From Octopus sinensis (lineage: Eukaryota): a DNA stretch of 64,000 nt. Under the pieces are notes generated by a model. It worked only from the letters and a program-made list of their open reading frames with translations. It made no database searches and had not been told where the DNA came from. This document shows, one piece after another, positions 52,487 to 64,000 of this stretch. The stretch's first letter is position 1. Each line of letters begins with the position of its first letter. The position numbers were made by a program, and so were the translations under genes. Location: the NCBI RefSeq assembly GCF_006345805.1, contig NC_043021.1, positions 16,616,001 to 16,680,000 on the forward strand, in the 5' to 3' direction.

Positions 52487-53090
52487 AGAATATTGCGTTA
52501 TTTACCATGAAAGTATCTCTCATAAGGATTTGTGGTACATAAAAACATATAATTATATTGTTAACAGATGAGAATCGTCTGGTATAGCCACTGAAAGTGC
52601 CAGATCACATGATTTCACCCTGCTGTGGGTTCCTCAGTGGAAGATGTTCAGCAGCGTGATAGCAGCTGAATCTCCTATCCATAATATATAGAATCCCCAT
52701 GTTTATTCAGGCACTGGTGTTGCAAATAGCCAGTGGGCTTATTAAAAAATAATTAATAGCAACAGAAACAGTATCAATACCAAAAGATAATATTGATTTC
52801 TAACTTAGCACAGAGATTATTTTAGAACACAGAATACTGTGTTATTTACCCGAGAGGATCTCTCAAGAACATGCGGTACATAAAAGCACATGTAATTATA
52901 TTGTTGACAGATGAGAACTATCTGCTGTAGCCACTGGAACTGCCTGATCACATTATTTCACCCTGCTATGGGTTCCTCAGTGACAGATACCTAGCAGTGT
53001 GTGGTAACAACTGAATCTCCTGTCCATAATATATAGAATCCAAGTGTCTATTCAGATCACGTGATTTCACCCTGCTACGGGTTCCTCAGA
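52487..53090. repeat. Diverged ~345-bp direct duplication plus a third partial copy
   Basis: CAGATGAGAA..GATCAC.TGATTTCACCCTGCT..GGGTTCCTCAG..CCATAATATATAGAATCC occurs twice, with a partial copy at ~53055. Confidence 0.7.
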
Positions 53091-53796
53091 AATATTCAAT
53101 CAATTTTTTACAAGCTTGTCAAAAGCTGAAAAGTGAAAAGTTAAAAAAAGTAATTGCTATATGTGATACAGACACACAAAAAAACAGTCTTTTGTTTTTT
53201 AATGCTTAGTAAAATAAATTAGGTTTTTAAAATTGTCGTGTTTAACTCTTTTGTCTGCACATTTCAGTTGAAATACATTGACTTTGTTTCAATTAATTTC
53301 AAAAACAATGAAGAATTTAATAAAAACAATTTTGCCATTATTATTAAGCTGGTGTTTGGAAGAAATTAATGTGAAGTTTTGATGGAAGGTTTTAATTTAC
53401 ACCACTTTTGTTTTATAGAACTACGGTGTGAATGGGTGGGTGAGTGTCTCAGGCATATTGGTGTCAGAAGGGTTAAATATTTAAATTAAAACCTAGCATT
53501 ACATTTGGAAGATTCATAAAGCCTGACAATTTATTGCCGTAGATTAAATCACTGAGAGATTAACTTCATAAAACCATTTTATGATAGTTTTTCATTCGAC
53601 AACGTTGATTGTATCTGAAGCACTGATCATGTACTTTCCACCATGTTGAATGCTGAAAGTACATGTTGACAGCATTCATCATTAAAGTTTTAAAAAATCA
53701 CTGCCAGACCTGTTTATATTTTGTTTAGGATGCCATTTTTTTTTTATAGAACAGATGTACTTGGTAAGGGTGGTAAAAGTGCAGATGTTCAATATT

Positions 53797-54011
53797 TTTA
53801 CTCTTTTACTTGTTTCAGTCATTTGACTGTGGCCATGCTGAAGCACCGCCTTTAGTTGAGCAAATTGACCCCAGGACTTATTCTTTGTAAGCCTAGTGCT
53901 TATTCTATCGGTCTCTTTTGCCGAACCGCTAAGTTACAGGGACGTAAACACACCAGCATCGGTTGTCAAGCGGTATTGGTCAGACACACAGACATATACA
54001 CACAACCATAC

Positions 54012-54050
<39 letters not shown>

Positions 54051-54205
54051 GCTTATTTCAGTTTCCATCTACCAAATCTACTCACAAAGTTTTGATTGAC
54101 CCTGAGGCTATAGTAGAATACACTTGCCCAAGGTGCCATGCAGTGGGACTGAACCCGGAACCATGTGGTTCGTAAGCAAGCTACTTACCACACAGCTCTC
54201 CTACA
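53797..54205 (-). mobile_element. SINE family A
   Basis: Reverse-complement match to family A. Confidence 0.85.
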
Positions 54206-54630
54206 CCTATTTTATATAGCAATTGTAATAAACCAAACTAAATTCCATACAATATAATAAGTTTGCATATTATACATGAAAGATTTTTTTCCTGGGATTT
54301 CATTATCAATAATTAAGGGTGAACATTATACTCAAGTGTGTATTATATATGAACCTACTTCTTTTTGTTATATAAATCTGTTCCTAAAATTCACAGGAAT
54401 GTGGATGAAGCTATATACATAGAATAAGTGTACCTTACCTGTCAACTGGTGCTGGTTTGTTTACATCCTTGAAATTTAGTATTTCGACCAAAAGGATGAT
54501 AGAATAATTACTAGACTTAAAATAAGCACTGGAGTAGATTTGATCGACTAAACTTTTCAGGACAGTGCTCCAGTGTTACTGCAGTCCAATGACTGAAACC
54601 AGCAAAAGATGTGCATGCACACACACACAC

Positions 54631-54798
54631 TTTATTTGTGGGTTAACAAGGCTGCTAATGGTTTCATGTAAAGAAGAATCTCTTAACAATTATCAAGCCT
54701 GCTACACAGGAACATTAATACCCATGGCAGGCTTGATAATTGTTAAGAGATTTCTCTCTACATGAAACCATTGGCAGCCTTGTTAACCCCCAAATAAA
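54631..54798. mobile_element. Hairpin MITE with ~70-bp arms; related older copy at ~33875-34060
   Basis: GGGTTAACAAGGCTGCTAATGGTTTCATGTA..AACAATTATCAAGCCTGC and its reverse complement. Confidence 0.7.
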
Positions 54799-55022
54799 GA
54801 ATATTTATCCACCAATGCAGTGTTGAGCTCCCATTTTCATTGTTCAATATTAGGGCGGCAAGTTGGCAGAAACGTTAGCACACCGGGCGAAATGCTTAGC
54901 AGTATTTCATCTGCCGCTACATTCTGAGTTCAAATTCCGTCGAGGTCGACTTCACCTTTCATCCTTTCGGGGTCGATTAAATAAGTACCAGTTATGCACT
55001 GGGGTCTATTATATCAACTTAA

Positions 55023-55241
55023 CCCTTTAGCATTCAGATTATTCTGTCAAATATAATATTTATTCATCCATATTGTTTTAAGTTAATCATGCATTATTTC
55101 GTAGCTTTAAGATTTCCATGATGTTATCACCTGTTTTTAGATTGACATTATAGGTTGGTGTGAGATACCAAATCTGGGCAGTTTTAACAGAAAATAGGTA
55201 GATTATTTGGGCCGGATATGGCCGGTTTAAACACTAAAGGG
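55023..55241. mobile_element. piggyBac-type MITE inserted into a family-B SINE
   Basis: TTAA-CCCTTTAG ... CTAAAGGG-TTAA. SINE B sequence resumes after 55245. Confidence 0.85.
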
Positions 55242-55902
55242 TTAATCAATTTGTCTGTCTTTGTTTGTCCTCTCTGTGTTTAGTCCCTTGTGGGTAGTAA
55301 AAAAATAGGTATTTTGTTTGCCGTTACATTATGAGTTCAAATTCCGCCGAGTTCGACTTTGCCTTTCATCCTTTCGGTGTCAATTAAATAACCACTAGTT
55401 ACACACTGGGGTCGATGTAATTGACTTATCCCTTTCTCTGTCTTTGTCCCCTCTATGTTTAGCCCCCTGCGGACGGTAAAGAAATAAAAAATATTAGTCT
55501 GTGTGTGTAATCAGCAATGGTGTAGAGCAGCCTTAGAGAATAATGTACTCTGATGTACTTGCTGACATATATATGTAGTTTTAATTAAAATTTTGAATTG
55601 TTATATCCACATTGAATTGTTTCTCCCCCCCCCCCCCCCCCCCCCGTAAACAAATACATCGTTATTCCATAATGAATGAATTTCAATCAATTGTGTAAAT
55701 GTAATAGTGGAATGTATAATAAGTAAGCACAGACAAGACTGCTATTGTTTTCTAATCTAGTCTCTTATTTGCAATGGGCTTCAGTAGTGATGGTGGAGGA
55801 GGAGGACTCTCCCGTTGTGAACAGCAGATGAGGATTCTACAACCTTTTGCTGAACAACCTGCACAAATGATTTGCTTATTGTGGTGGCTGTGTGTGGTAA
55901 GG

Positions 55903-58900
55903 TGGAGGCACGTGGCTGAGCGGTTAGGGTGCGGACTCATGATTGTAAGATTGTGGTTTCGATTTCTGGGCCGGGTGATGCATTGTGCTCTTGAGCAAAA
56001 CTCTTCACTTCATGTTGCTCCAGTCCACTCAGCTGTAGAAATGGGTACCACCAGTGGAAGTGCATGGCTTAGTGGTTAGGGTGTTGGACTTACGATTATA
56101 AAATTATAGTTTTGATCCCTGGACCTGACGATCCATTGTGTTTTTGAGCAAAGCTCTTCATTTCACATTGCTCCAGTCCACTCAGCTGTAGAAATGGGTA
56201 CCACCAGTGGAAGTGCATGGCTTAGTGGTTAGGGTGTTGGACTTACGATTATAAAATTATAGTTTTGATCCCTGGACCTGACGATCCATTGTGTTTTTGA
56301 GCAAAGCTCTTCATTTCACATTGCTCCAGTCCACTCAGCTGTAGAAATGGGTACCACCAGTGGAAGTGCATGGCTTAGTGGTTAGGGTGTTGGACTTACG
56401 ATTATAAAATTATAGTTTTGATCCCTGGACCTGACAATCCATTGTGTTCTTGAGCAAAGCTCTTCATTTCACATTGCTCCAGTCCACTCAGCTGTAGAAA
56501 TGGGTACCACCAGTGGAAGTGCATGGCTTAGTGGTTAGGGTGTTGGACTTACGATTATAAAATTATAGTTTTGATCCCTGGACCTGACAATCCATTGTGT
56601 TCTTGAGCAAAGCTCTTCATTTCACATTGCTCCAGTCCACTCAGCTGTAGAAATGGGTACCACCAGTGGAAGTGCATGGCTTAGTGGTTAGGGTGTTGGA
56701 CTTACGATTATAAAATTATAGTTTTGATCCCTGGACCTGACAATCCATTGTGTTCTTGAGCAAAGCTCTTCATTTCACATTGCTCCAGTCCACTCAGCTG
56801 TAGAAAGGGTACCACCAGTGGAAGTGCATGGCTTAGTGGTTAGGGTGTTGGACTTACGATTATAAAATTATAGTTTTGATCCCTGGACCTGACAATCCAT
56901 TGTGTTCTTGAGCAAAGCTCTTCATTTCACATTGCTCCAGTCCACTCAGCTGTAGAAATGGGTACCACCAGTGGAAGTGCATGGCTTAGTGGTTAGGGTG
57001 TTGGACTTACGATTATAAAATTATAGTTTTGATCCCTGGACCTGACAATCCATTGTGTTCTTGAGCAAAGCTCTTCATTTCACATTGCTCCAGTCCACTC
57101 AGCTGTAGAAATGGGTACCACCAGTGGAAGTGCATGGCTAGTGGTTAGGGTGTTGGACTTACGATTATAAAATATAGTTTTGATCCCTGGACCTGACGAT
57201 CCATTGTGTTTTTGAGCAAAGCTCTTCATTTCACATTGCTCCAGTCCACTCAGCTGTAGAAATGGGTACCACCAGTGGAAGTGCATGGCTTAGTGGTTAG
57301 GGTGTTGGACTTACGATTATAAAATTATAGTTTTGATCCCTGGACCTGACGATCCATTGTGTTTTTGAGCAAAGCTCTTCATTTCACATTGCTCCAGTCC
57401 ACTCAGCTGTAGAAATGGGTACCACCAGTGGAAGTGCATGGCTTAGTGGTTAGGGTGTTGGACTTACGATTATAAAATTATAGTTTTGATCCCTGGACCT
57501 GACAATCCATTGTGTTCTTGAGCAAAGCTCTTCATTTCACATTGCTCCAGTCCACTCAGCTGTAGAAATGGGTACCACCAGTGGAAGTGCATGGCTTAGT
57601 GGTTAGGGTGTTGGACTTACGATTATAAAATTATAGTTTTGATCCCTGGACCTGACAATCCATTGTGTTCTTGAGCAAAGCTCTTCATTTCACATTGCTC
57701 CAGTCCACTCAGCTGTAGAAATGGGTACCACCAGTGGAAGTGCATGGCTTAGTGGTTAGGGTGTTGGACTTACGATTATAAAATTATAGTTTTGATCCCT
57801 GGACCTGACAATCCATTGTGTTCTTGAGCAAAGCTCTTCATTTCACATTGCTCCAGTCCACTCAGCTGTAGAAATGGGTACCACCAGTGGAAGTGCATGG
57901 CTTAGTGGTTAGGGTGTTGGACTTACGATTATAAAATTATAGTTTTGATCCCTGGACCTGACAATCCATTGTGTTCTTGAGCAAAGCTCTTCATTTCACA
58001 TTGCTCCAGTCCACTCAGCTGTAGAAATGGGTACCACCAGTGGAAGTGCATGGCTTAGTGGTTAGGGTGTTGGACTTACGATTATAAAATTATAGTTTTG
58101 ATCCCTGGACCTGACGATCCATTGTGTTTTTGAGCAAAGCTCTTCATTTCACATTGCTCCAGTCCACTCAGCTGTAGAAATGGGTACCACCAGTGGAAGT
58201 GCATGGCTTAGTGGTTAGGGTGTTGGACTTACGATTATAAAATTATAGTTTTGATCCCTGGACCTGACGATCCATTGTGTTTTTGAGCAAAGCTCTTCAT
58301 TTCACATTGCTCCAGTCCACTCAGCTGTAGAAATGGGTACCACCAGTGGAAGTGCATGGCTTAGTGGTTAGGGGTTGGACTTACGATTATAAAATTATAG
58401 TTTTGATCCCTGGACCTGACAATCCATTGTGTTTTTGAGCAAAGCTCTTCATTTCACATTGCTCCAGTCCACTCAGCTGTAGAAATGGGTACCACCAGGG
58501 AAGTGCATGGCTTAGTGGTTAGGGTGTTGGACTTACGATTATAAAATTATAGTTTTGAACCCTGGACCTGACGATCCATTGTGTTTTTGAGCAAAGCTCT
58601 TCATTTCACATTGCTCCAGTCCACTCAGCTGTAGAAATGGGTACCACCAGGGAAGTGCATGGCTTAGTGGTTAGGGTGTTGGACTTACGATTATAAAATT
58701 ATAGTTTTGATCCCTGGACCTGACAATCCATTGTGTTTTTGAGCAAAGCTCTTCATTTCACATTGCTCCAGTCCACTCAGCTGTAGAAATGGGTACCACC
58801 AGTGGAAGTGCATGGCTTAGTGGTTAGGGTGTTGGACTTACGATTATAAAATTATAGTTTTGATCCCTGGACCTGACAATCCATTGTGTTCTTGAGCAAA

Positions 58901-59100
58901 GCTCTTCATTTCACATTGCTCCAGTCCACTCAGCTGTAGAAATGGGTACCACCAGTGGAAGTGCATGGCTTAGTGGTTAGGGTGTTGGACTTACGATTAT
59001 AAAATTATAGTTTTGATCCCTGGACCTGACGATCCATTGTGTTTTTGAGCAAAGCTCTTCATTTCACATTGCTCCAGTCCACTCAGCTGTAGAAATGAGT
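55903..59100 (+). repeat. Tandem array of 20 x 153-bp units derived from a family-C SINE head and core, preceded by one diverged founder copy
   Basis: Unit starts at 56054, 56207, 56360 ... 58955. Each unit has A box TGGCTTAGTGG, a decayed B box GTTTTGATCCC and the core TTGAGCAAAG..CCAGTCCACTCAGCTGTAGAAATG. It is homologous to the dispersed SINEs at 9891, 15537 and 32779. Confidence 0.95.
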
Positions 59101-59502
59101 TTAGCCTGGGGAGGAATGGGCCCTGCCAGGCTTTCTTGCCCCAGATATGCTGCATGGGGTTAAGGGATTTGCTAGTTGTCAATTGTGTGTTAAGAAATTT
59201 GCTTCCCAACCACCTGGTTTCAGCTTCAGAGACCAGATTTGGCTGGTTTGAACATAAACCAGGTAGAATATTTGAGTTGGGTATGGCTGGTTTGAATGCT
59301 GAAGGATTAAATATTAGGAAATTATTTAAAATAATTGTTAAGGTATTTTGTGTATTGTAGAAGCATAACCAGTTTATTGTGTATAAATGTTAACAATGAA
59401 CTCTTATATTGACCTCCAAGGGTTGTGTGGACCCTCGTTGAGAACCACTGGCATAAAGGATCCCTCACCAGCATGAGTTTTTCTTCATTCAACTTGTAAT
59501 GG

Positions 59503-59969
59503 GGTACTATTTAAGAAGAGTGGTCCCGGTGCGCGTACTCGCGCATCAGCGCTAGCTAGTCGTGACTAGTCGATCCTACAACTACTACCTATCCTATAAC
59601 AAGTGTTCATACAAATTCGGTTGAAATTTATTTGAAGAATGTTGTTTAGAAAAAAAAATTTATTTACTTTGTTTAAAAAAATTTATTTACTTCGTATTTT
59701 TGTGTTTTATTTACTTTGTTTCAAAAAAAATTTTCTTTGTGTAAAAAATTATTTTGTTTAAAAAACACCCTATTTGTTTAAAAACCCCTTCTAAGTTATG
59801 ATGGGGGGTACCAAACGTTTATCTAATAACTTCTAATTTTCAACCAAATTTGTATGAACATTTGTTATAGGATAGGTAGTCGTTGTAGGATTGACTAGTC
59901 ACGACTAGCTAGTGCGGATGCACGAGCACGCGAGTGCATGCACCGGGACCACTCTTCTTAAATAGTACC
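59503..59969. mobile_element. Mutator-like (MULE) non-autonomous element
   Basis: Long imperfect TIRs GGTACTATTTAAGAAGAGTGGTCCCGGTGC... and a perfect 9-bp TSD TTGTAATGG (59494-59502, 59970-59978). Confidence 0.8.
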
Positions 59970-60169
59970 TTGTAATGGTGGGTACTTTGTACTACCAGCA
60001 TGAAAATAAAATGATTTGGCATGGCTGACTGGACATGCTACCTGTTTTGGAGACAGTACTTCTTGCCATAGGAGACAAACAATGCACAAACAAGAAATAT
60101 GCACATACAGATATAAAACCCCTTACTTGAAAAACAGATAAGGTTAGTATTAAAAAGGGTATCTGCCAC

Positions 60170-60428
60170 CCCGACTAGCCTCGTGCCGGTGGCACGTAAA
60201 AAGCACCATCCGATCGTGGCCGTTGCCAGCCTCACCTGGCCTCCGTGCTGGTGGCACGTAAAAGCACCCACTACACTCACGGAGTAGTTGGCGTTAGGAA
60301 GGGCATCCAGCCGTAGAAACATTGCCAGATCAGACTGGGCCTGGTGCAGCCTTCTGGCTTCCCAGACCCCAGTTGAACCATCCAACCCATGCTAGCATGG
60401 AAAGCGGACGCTAAACGATGATGATGAT
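60170..60428 (+). mobile_element. Family D element
   Basis: Match with a (GAT)n tail. Confidence 0.8.
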
Positions 60429-61950
60429 AAACCCATGCTAGCATAGAAAAATGGATGTCAAAATGAATAATTTCCATAGTTCATGACATTCTACCAATCT
60501 ATGCTTCAAAGAAGAACCCTTTTCCAAATTCTCAGAAGTCATTTATATTTATAGCCCATGAATTTGTTTGTATAAATTTTGCTATCTGGACTGTTTGCTG
60601 TACCAACTTGTAATGGTTGAAATGTTGTAAATAAAACAAAACAAAAGGTTTTGCACTTCTATATCTTAACCATGCTGCTAGGCAACATATGCTGTGACTG
60701 AAATCCTACAAATAGGAGTCAATGAATTTCTATATAGTTGCTCAATCTGTTGGAAATAACTGCTAAAATCTCCAAATTACATTCTACCACCTTCAAAAAA
60801 AAAAAGGTGGTAGGATTTCTACTAGATATACAAAAAGATGGAGCTGGTCACAGATGGAAGTCCTTTGATCATAGGTTAGCTTGATCTGGGGCTAAGTAAC
60901 AACAAATTCAAAAGATTGTTAAACTACTCATAACGTAAGTAAATTGTTCTCAGTGTTTTAGTTCCTTGTGGCTAATAAAAGGGGGGAAATCATCATCATC
61001 ATCATCATCATTATTATTACCATTAATTAAGGCATTGAGTTGGCAGCATCATTTGTGCATCACACAAAATGCTTAGCAGCTTTTCTTCTGGCCCTTTGTG
61101 TGCTGAGCTCAACCCCCGTCCCCCACCCCACAAGTACCAGTTATGTACTGGAGTCAGTGATATCAACCTGTCCCCTCTCCTCAGAATTCCTGGTCTTTTG
61201 CCAAAACTAGAAAGAATTAATTACCATTACTGAGGCGGCAAGCTGGCAGAATCATTAGCATGTTAGACCAAATACTTAGTGGCATTTCTTCCAGCTCTCT
61301 GCATTCTGAGTTCTAATTCTGCTGAGGTCGACTTTGCCTTTCAGACATTTAGGGGTCAATAAAGTAAAGTGCTATTCATGTACTGACGTTGATTGTATCG
61401 GTTAACCCTCTTCCCCTCAAATTACTGGTCTTATGCCAAAATTTGAAGTATCATCATCATCATCATTTTAAAGTCCACTTTTCAGTGCTTGCATGGGCCA
61501 GCTGGAAATTGTTGAGACAGAATTTCTCTGGCCAGATACCCTCCAAGTTGTGCTGTTTCTAAGCAAGGTAATATTTCTCCATTGCCAGACATGTTTTCAC
61601 TGAATATTGGAGATGAATGACACTGCTTGTATGTCAGTGACACCCATTTATATCTATGATGCGATGTCAAAGCAAAGAGAGACATACGCGCGCGTTTGAC
61701 AAATTGTGTGTGGTAGATCTCAATATCATTGGAAACAAGACTATATCATCATCATCATCATCATCATCATTTAACGTCCGCTTTCCATGCTAGCATGGGT
61801 TGGACGGTTCAACTGGGGTCTGGGGAGCCCAAAGGCTGCACCAGGCCAGTCAGATCTGGCAGTGTTTCTACAGCTGGATGCCCTTCCTAACGCCAACCAC
61901 TCCGAGAGTGTAGTGGGTGATTTTATGGATACAGTTAGAGCGACTTACAT

Positions 61951-62007
61951 ACAGGACTTTAAGTTTCTGCATCAGAAATATGATGATTGCTGCACTTCTT
62001 CAGGTGT
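61951..62007 (-). ncRNA. Near-intact type-I hammerhead motif
   Basis: Minus strand: ACAC CTGAAGA AG TGCA..TGCA GAAAC TTAAA GTC CTGT. There is one stem-I mismatch next to the core. Confidence 0.45.
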
Positions 62008-63159
62008 CGCAAGTCTAGTGCTCTTAGCACTGTCAGTTACAAACGTGCATATATTTGATAGGTTTCTTTCAATTTCCTTCTGTTAAATCCACTCCTAAGG
62101 TTTAGTTCGCCTGAGGCTTCCCAAGATGCCATACAGTAGAACTGATCCAGTAACCATGTGGTTGGAAAGCAAAGTTTTTAACCACACAACTACAAACCTC
62201 GAAACACATGATTAGAAAGAAAACTTCTTATCTATCTGACCATGCCTGTGTCCCTGGTATATAAAATGCAACCTCTTCTTTTAAAGTGTTCGTTTTTAAT
62301 TCAAAACATTTTATCATAATTTTATATAAGTCTCCTTTGTCCTAATGTTTAACAGATCAACAAAGGATTTTGGGGTAAAAGGTTTTAATTTCAGTATGAA
62401 CACTTTAAACCAGAGATTTTGTATGACAGAAGGCCACTACCCACCCTTCTTGTAATTAAGCCATAAAATGCACATATACTGTTGTTGATTCAGTCAATTA
62501 TATTCCTCTTCCTGGCTTTACGGTGGTCTCTTTGTGTCTAATTAAGACAAACATTATTCTAATAGCAGCATCAATTAATTTGATTTTATTATAATTAATG
62601 TTTCAAGTACTGGTAACTAATTCCATTTGTGAAATTGGATTGCTGGCCAAAAGCAATTAAATGTTACTCTAACTAAATATTACTAAAATATCTCTATTTC
62701 TACATTTTTCTCTTCTTTCTCCCTCCCCTTTTATTAAAAGGCATGGATGTGTAGCAAGAAGTTTGCTTCCCAACCACATGGTTCTGGGTTCAGTTCCACT
62801 CTGTGGCATCTTGGGCAAGTGTCTTCTCCTATAACCCTGGGCTGATATTGTTTTTACCTTCATGCTCCCAATCTTGAATATTTCTATTTCGAAATCTTTG
62901 TATTTTGACAGTTTCTCCACTTCTTTACAGGCAACATTTTGGTCAGAAGGGATTGCAATGTCCATCAGTAAGCAGGTGTTTTCTTCTCAGTCCTTCATTT
63001 TTATATAATACCTGGCCATTTCACTGAGATTTCTTTATTGGTTTGAAGAGGTATATACCAGATGATTGTGGCCCAGTCATTTTCGTGTACCTTGTTTGGC
63101 ATATGCTTATGCCATTTCTTGTTAGTGTTGGCATCAGAGTTGTGAAGTCAGAACAAAAA

Positions 63160-64000
63160 AACTTTGACTCTAACTCTGACTCCTGTACAGCACCTCTGAC
63201 TCCGACTCCTGTACGGCACCTCTGACTCCGACTCCTGTACGGCATCTCTGACTCCGACTCCTGTACGACACCTCTGACTCCGACTCCTGTACGGCACCTC
63301 TGACTCCGACTCCTGTACGGCACCTCTGACTCCGACTCCTGTACGGCACCTCTGACTCCGACTCCTGTACGGCATCTCTGACTCCGACTCCTGTACAGCA
63401 CCTCTGACTCTGACTCCTGTACGGCACCTCTGACTCCGACTCCTGTACGGCATCTCTGACTCCGACTCCTGTACGGCACCTCTGACTCTGACTCCTGTAC
63501 GGCACCTCTGACTCCGACTCCTGTACGGCATCTCTGACTCCGACTCCTGTACGGCACCTCTGACTCTGACTCCTGTACGGCATCTCTGACTCCGACTCCT
63601 GTACGGCACCTCTGACTCCGACTCCTGTACGGCACCTCTGACTCCGACTCCTGTACGGCATCTCTGACTCCGACTCCTGTACGGCATCTCTGACTCCGAC
63701 TCCTGTACGGCACCTCTGACTCCGACTCCTGTACGGCATCTCTGACTCCGACTCCTGTACGCATCTCTGACTCCGACTCTGTACGGCACCTCTGACTCCG
63801 ACTCCTGTACGGCACCTCTGACTCCGACTCCTGTACGGCACCTCTGACTCCAACTCCTGTACGGCATCTCTGACTCCGACTCCTGTACGGCATCTCTGAC
63901 TCCGACTCCTGTACGGCATCTCTGACTCCGACTCCTGTACGGCATCTCTGACTCCGACTCCTGTACGGCATCTCTGACTCCGACTCCTGTACGGCACCTC
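63160..64000. repeat. 26-bp minisatellite CTCTGACTCCGACTCCTGTACGGCAY, >30 copies, running off the window end
   Basis: Direct periodicity. The minus-strand ORFs have a 26-aa period, equal to three units. Confidence 0.95.

Noticed and set aside
55903-59100. CRISPR-like array or tRNA gene cluster
   Set aside because: There are no unique spacers, the context is eukaryotic, the cloverleaf is not closed and the B box is decayed. The units match dispersed SINEs.
56054-59100. TTAGGG once per unit, suggesting an interstitial telomere
   Set aside because: It is part of the tRNA-like D-arm (GTGGTTAGGG) and is not tandem.
63021-63997. Three long minus-strand ORFs (265-316 aa)
   Set aside because: They result from a stop-free 26-bp repeat. 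All three frames encode the same periodic peptide and there is no domain.

Overview
AT-rich eukaryotic DNA that is almost entirely non-coding and saturated with repeats. The SINE set and microsatellite load resemble octopod cephalopod (Octopus-like) genomes; this is recognition only, with no database check. I can support no complete protein-coding gene. The long ORFs in the track come from SINEs, microsatellites or a 26-bp minisatellite. Content: at least six tRNA-headed or (GAT)n-tailed SINE families (my labels A-F); Tc1/mariner, Tigger, piggyBac, Mutator-type and Helitron-type non-autonomous elements; CR1/L2 and RTE remnants; three tandem arrays (187 bp x7, 153 bp x20 built from SINE heads, 26 bp x>30); and a CpG-retaining promoter-like zone at ~21.2-24 kb. 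The most interesting signal is about a dozen Penelope-type minimal type-I hammerhead ribozyme motifs, several inside fold-back elements. One family joins a tRNA-derived Pol III SINE head to a hammerhead-bearing Penelope-like tail (12364-12703, 14541-14802). All folds and alignments were done by eye, and repeat boundaries are approximate.
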